This document shows, piece after piece, positions 59,728 through 64,000 of a stretch of 64,000 nt of DNA. Position 1 is the first letter of the stretch. Each line of letters begins with the position of its first letter. The notes under the pieces are model-generated. The model saw nothing but the letters and a program-made list of their open reading frames with translations, did no database searches and had not been told where the DNA came from. Source of the DNA: Mobula hypostoma (taxonomy: Eukaryota). Position numbers and translations under genes: made by a program. Location of the stretch: the NCBI RefSeq assembly GCF_963921235.1, contig NC_086109.1, forward strand, positions 19,594,001 through 19,658,000, read 5' to 3'.

Positions 59728-61772
59728 TTGTGGATGATCAGCCATGATCACAGTGAATGGCGATGCTGGCTCGAAGGGCCGAATGGCCTACTCCTGCACC
59801 TATTGTCTATTGTCTATTGTAATTGGAAGGTATTCTAATGGACCAGATATATAAGTATTTGGATAGACAGGGACTGATTACAGATAGTTAACATGGCTTT
59901 TTGAGTGGTAAGTCTTGTCTAACCAATCTTATAGAATTTTTTGAGGAAGTTATCAAGAAAGCTGATGAAGGCAAGCCAGTAGATATTTTTTACAAGGACT
60001 TTAGCAAGCCCTTTGAAAAGGTCCCACATGGGAGGTTGGTCAAGAAGATTCAGTCACTTGGATTCAAGATGAGGCAGTAAATTAGATTAGACATTGGCTT
60101 CGCAGAAGAAGCAGAGAGTTATTGCAGATGTTTGCCTCTCTGACTGGAGGCCTGTGTCAAGTGGTGTGCCGTGGGGATCGGTACTGGGTCTGTCACTGTT
60201 TGTCATCTATGTCAACGAGAAGTGAACATTGCATTTGCTTTCCTTACCACTGACTCAACCTGCAAGTTAAGTTTTAGGGAATCCTTCCCAAGGACTCCAT
60301 TTGTACTATAATTTTGAATTTTCTCCCTGTTTAGAAAATAGTCTACGCCTTTGTTTCTGCTACCAAAGTGCATGACCATATACTTCCCTACATTATATCC
60401 TATCTACCATTTCTTTGCCCATTCTCCCAATCTGTCTAAATCCTTCTACAGACTTCTTCTTCCTTAACACTGCCCCTCAACTTACCTTTGTCTTGTCTAC
60501 AAATTTGGCCACAAAGCCATCAATCCCATCATCCAAATCATTCGCATACAACTTGAAAAAAATCAATCCTGCACCTACCCCTCTGAAACACACTAGTCAC
60601 CAGCATCCAACCAGAAAAAGCCCCCTTCATTCCCTCTCTGCCTCCTGCCAGTCAGCCAAACTTCTATCCATGCTAGTATCTTCCTTGTAGTAACATGGAC
60701 TTTTATTTTATTAAGCAGTCTCGTGTATGGCACCTTGTCAAAGGCCTTCTGAAAACCCAACTAAACAACATCAGCTGATCCTCCACTTTCTAACTTGCCT
60801 ATTAATTTCTCAAAGAATTCCAACAGATTTGTCAGGCAAGATTTCCTCTTAAGGAAACTATGCTGACTTTGGCCTGTTTTATTAAATACCTACAAGTACG
60901 CCAAAACCTCATCCTTAGTAATGGTCTCCAACATCTTCCCAACCACTGAAGTCAGTCTAACTGGTCTATGATATTATTTCTTCTGCCTCTTTCCCTATTT
61001 AAAGAGTAGAGTGACATTTGCAATTTTCCAGTTCTCTAGAACCATTCCAGAATCTAGTGATTCTTGAAAGATCATTACTAATGCCTCCACCATCTTTTTA
61101 GTTACCTCTTTCAGAGCCTTATTGTATAGTGCATCTGGTCCAGGTGATTTATCTACCTTCAGACCTTTCATCTTCCCAAGCACCTTCCCCTTAGTAATAA
61201 CAACAGCACTCACTTCTGCCTCCTGACACCCTCGAATTTCTGGCTTACATGTGTCTTCCATGTCTTCCATGGTGAAAACTGATGCAAAGTACTTATAAAG
61301 TTCCTCCGTCATTTATTTGTCTCCCATTACTGCTTCTCCAGCGTCATTTTCCAGCAGGCCAATATTCATTCTCGCCTCTTAATTACTCTTTATTTATTTG
61401 AAAAAACCTTTTATATCATTGACTTGCTTCCCCTTATATTTCATCTTTTCTCTCCTTCTAGCTCTTTTAGTTGCCTTCTGTTGGTTTTCAAAAGCTTTCC
61501 AATCCTCTAACTTCCCACTATTTTTTTTCTATATTGTATATCCTCTCTTTGGTTTGGAAAGTATGGGGGGGGGTGCACGGGGGTGCAGATTTCAGTGTGT
61601 TTTTTTACCACCACAGAGAGTGGAGGGTTGCTGTAACGTATTGCCAGGGTAGTGGAAGAGACGGATGCAGCAGGAACATTTAACAGACTCTTAAATAGGC
61701 ACATGGATGAAAGAAAATTGGAGGAGTTTGCAGAAGGGAAATATTAGGTTGATCTTGGGGTAGTTTAAAAAG

Positions 61773-61950
61773 GGCTGCATGGTAGTGTAGCAGTTAGCAA
61801 AATGTTATTACAGCTCGAGTGGCCTGGTTCAACTCCCACTGCTGTCTATAAAGAGTCTGTATGTTCTTCCTGAGATTGTGTGGGTTTCCTCCGGAGGCTC
61901 TGGTTTTCTCCTTCATTTCAAAGATGTACGGGTTAGTAGGTTAATTGGGA
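61773..61950 (+). mobile_element. V-SINE (HE1-like)
   Basis: A-box TAGTGTAGCAG, B-box GGTTCAACTCC and the V-domain GTGGGTTTCCTCCGGAGGCTCTGGTTTTCTCC. A further minus-strand copy lies at about 35440-35620. Confidence 0.8.
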
Positions 61951-62059
61951 AAACAAAGATCTTTGTAAAGATTAGCTTTGTTTGTCACATGGTACATCAA
62001 AACATGTGGTGTTGTTGGCATCAAGTCAAATCAGCAAAGATTGTACTGGGCATCATGCA

Positions 62060-63300
62060 AGTGTTCAGAGAACCATAATGGATTATAAGTCCACCGAGTA
62101 CAATAATGATAGTGATACCTCTCTTCCTGATAGGCTGAATGCCTTCGATGCATGTTTTGGTGTGTCAGCCAGGAAGGCCCCTCATCCCGAGGAGCAGGTA
62201 CTCTGTCTGATCACTGCTGATGTGAGGAAGACCCTAGCCAGGATCAACACATGTCAAGCTGCTGGACCTGATAATGTGCCTGACTTAATCATTCCCACAT
62301 TTTCCCTGGAGTAACGCAACCTGCCAGCAGGGAGATGGGCCATGGTCCACATTGCCTGGAGCTATGACGTGGCTGCAGTCTGATGCAAGCACAGGCATAA
62401 TCACACAAGTCAGAAGGTGGTTAGATAGCACTGGACCCAGCCAGTTCAGGGTGGTCATCCTCCACCTAGTCCTCCACCTAGTTACTCTGGCTCCCAATGG
62501 CTTGAATCCTTGTCTCCTCAACTGGTCTATGAGATTGACTGGGCCACAAAGAGTCAGCAAGCCTCCAGCACACACACAGTTGTGGAGATCCCTTCATCAG
62601 TAATCAAAGGGAAGTGGAAAGAGTTGAAAAATTTTAAGTAACTCTAATAAGATTTAATATATTCATTAACTATGTAAAATAAGTATTAAGCCATTGTTAA
62701 TTATTAAGCAAATAAATACACAATAAAATTAAAAACAAAATCTAAAACTTACATTTTAAATGATGCTCGATGATCCTATTCAAATCAAGTTCAACTTCAA
62801 GTTTATTGTCTTCAGATGTATATGTATACTGCCAAATGAAGTAATGTTCCTCCGGATCAAATCAGTACCACTGGACAGCAGTCATTAAGGCAGGTTACTG
62901 TCGCCTTCTTTGTCACCATGAAGATAGTGGCTGCCTTGAATCCTACAGGGACAGTAGGCTGTTCCAGAGAGACGTTGATGATGTGTGTAGAACCTCTGTT
63001 AACTGGTTTGCACAGCCTCTCCTTCTCAGCACCTGACCAGGTGTGTTATCAGGTCCCACAACTTTACATGTGTTGACCCTGGCTAAGATACTTCCTCACA
63101 TCAGCTGCAGCCAGACAGAGTGCCTGCTCGTCGAGAGGAGGTGGAGGAGGGGGGCCTTCCTCACTGGCAATTTATATCAAGCATAAAAGACAGTCAGCCT
63201 ATCAGGAGCAGAGGTGTCACTATCGTTAACATGCTCGATGGACTTGAAATACATTATGGTCTATGTGCCTTGCCACGTGCATCTAGTGTAGCAGAAACTT
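62060..63300. mobile_element. Decayed Rex1/Babar RT N-terminal fragments in both orientations
   Basis: Peptide SLPDRLNAF...ITADVRKTLARINTCQAAGPDNVP (61982..62314) and its antisense homologue at 63030-63240. Confidence 0.7.
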
Positions 63301-64000
63301 GATGTAACAGAAACGGCTGTATTTTCTCTGTGAATAATCCAGTTTTGATCATGTTCATGCCAAGCACCTGGTACGAAGGTTAAAAAAAAAATCTGGATAT
63401 TTTAAGATACAAAAAAAAAGTCTGGAAACTGTTCAGCAACCTGCACAGTGCTGAGTCCAGGGCACATCTCAGTAATAGACAGGGGTATATCCAACCTCCA
63501 GTGCGCTCCCAGCTTTACACTTCAGTGTGCAGCTACAGAGGTACTGCATGAGTCCACTGCCATAACTGGTTATATAGTTGCTGGCCTGCCAGCTTTTGTC
63601 CAGTCTTAACCTGTTGAACCTATTCCATGTCACGCTGTGGTGGGTGCCACACAACACAATGGAAGACATTGTCAGCGTGAAGACCAGAAATGAGTGATAG
63701 CCTCTCCCATCAAGACTGTTATGGGCAGATGAATCTGCAGCCATTAGAGGGGCAGGTAGATGCACCTGAATTGATCATTTTATTTCCTACTTGAAGAGAA
63801 GTAACTATGTACTGCAAACTCTATAGAGCTTAACTTACCTGAACAATTTGTGTCTCTTGAATTGTCTATGAATACTTTTTAAATTTCTTTTATGGTGGTT
63901 CAAGCTTCGTTTGCTTCCATCTAGAATGACATTGATGACATTTTATTATAACCAATGGCTATTTTGATCGATGGTCTGCTTCTGTTTAACATTCTGTGTT

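Larger units (their letters stand above)
54066..59820 (+). mobile_element. Full-length CR1 (HER1-like) LINE
   Basis: CpG-rich 5' UTR, ORF1, ORF2, the 3' stem-loop GGGCCGAATGGCCT and a (CTATTGT)3 tail. It is interrupted by 55418-56888. Confidence 0.95.
50303..60221 (+). mobile_element. Old CR1 LINE split in three (50303-50385, 52578-54065, 59821-60221)
   Basis: The inter-ORF region, endonuclease and RT remnants are colinear. The RT sequence gagcctggcatcaggaatgagaaagt continues as aattggaaggtattcta after 59820. Confidence 0.8.
50233..61550 (-). mobile_element. Outer CR1 LINE of the nest (pieces 50233-50302 and 60222-61550)
   Basis: The two minus-strand pieces are colinear with other CR1 copies, with roughly 100 bp missing at the break. 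ORF 60995..61312 is a tether/RT remnant. Confidence 0.65.

Overview
Vertebrate nuclear DNA, almost certainly from a cartilaginous fish (probably a ray). This is inferred from the repeat repertoire: HER1-like CR1 LINEs with an esterase ORF1, HE1-like V-SINEs, Deu-SINEs, Penelope-like elements, Rex1/Babar and RTE LINEs. Most of the window is transposon-derived, and nearly all long ORFs in the track are TE fragments or their antisense shadows. One host gene can be assembled on the minus strand from three phase-compatible exons (about 45050-44896, 38427-38234, 36302-36204). They encode the transmembrane anchor and stem of an alpha-2,8-sialyltransferase resembling ST8SIA6. Its transmembrane exon has no in-frame ATG, and I could not find the catalytic exons in the remaining 36 kb. 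Other notable items: a multi-level CR1 nest at 50.2-61.6 kb containing a full-length element with an intact zinc-finger/coiled-coil/SGNH-esterase ORF1; many minimal hammerhead-ribozyme motifs in Penelope ends, some in palindromic mini-elements; a Penelope insertion with twin-priming geometry; and a full-length degenerate U6 snRNA copy fused to a 5'-truncated V-SINE. All family assignments come from motif recognition by eye, and no database search was run. I found no convincing wholly new protein-coding system.
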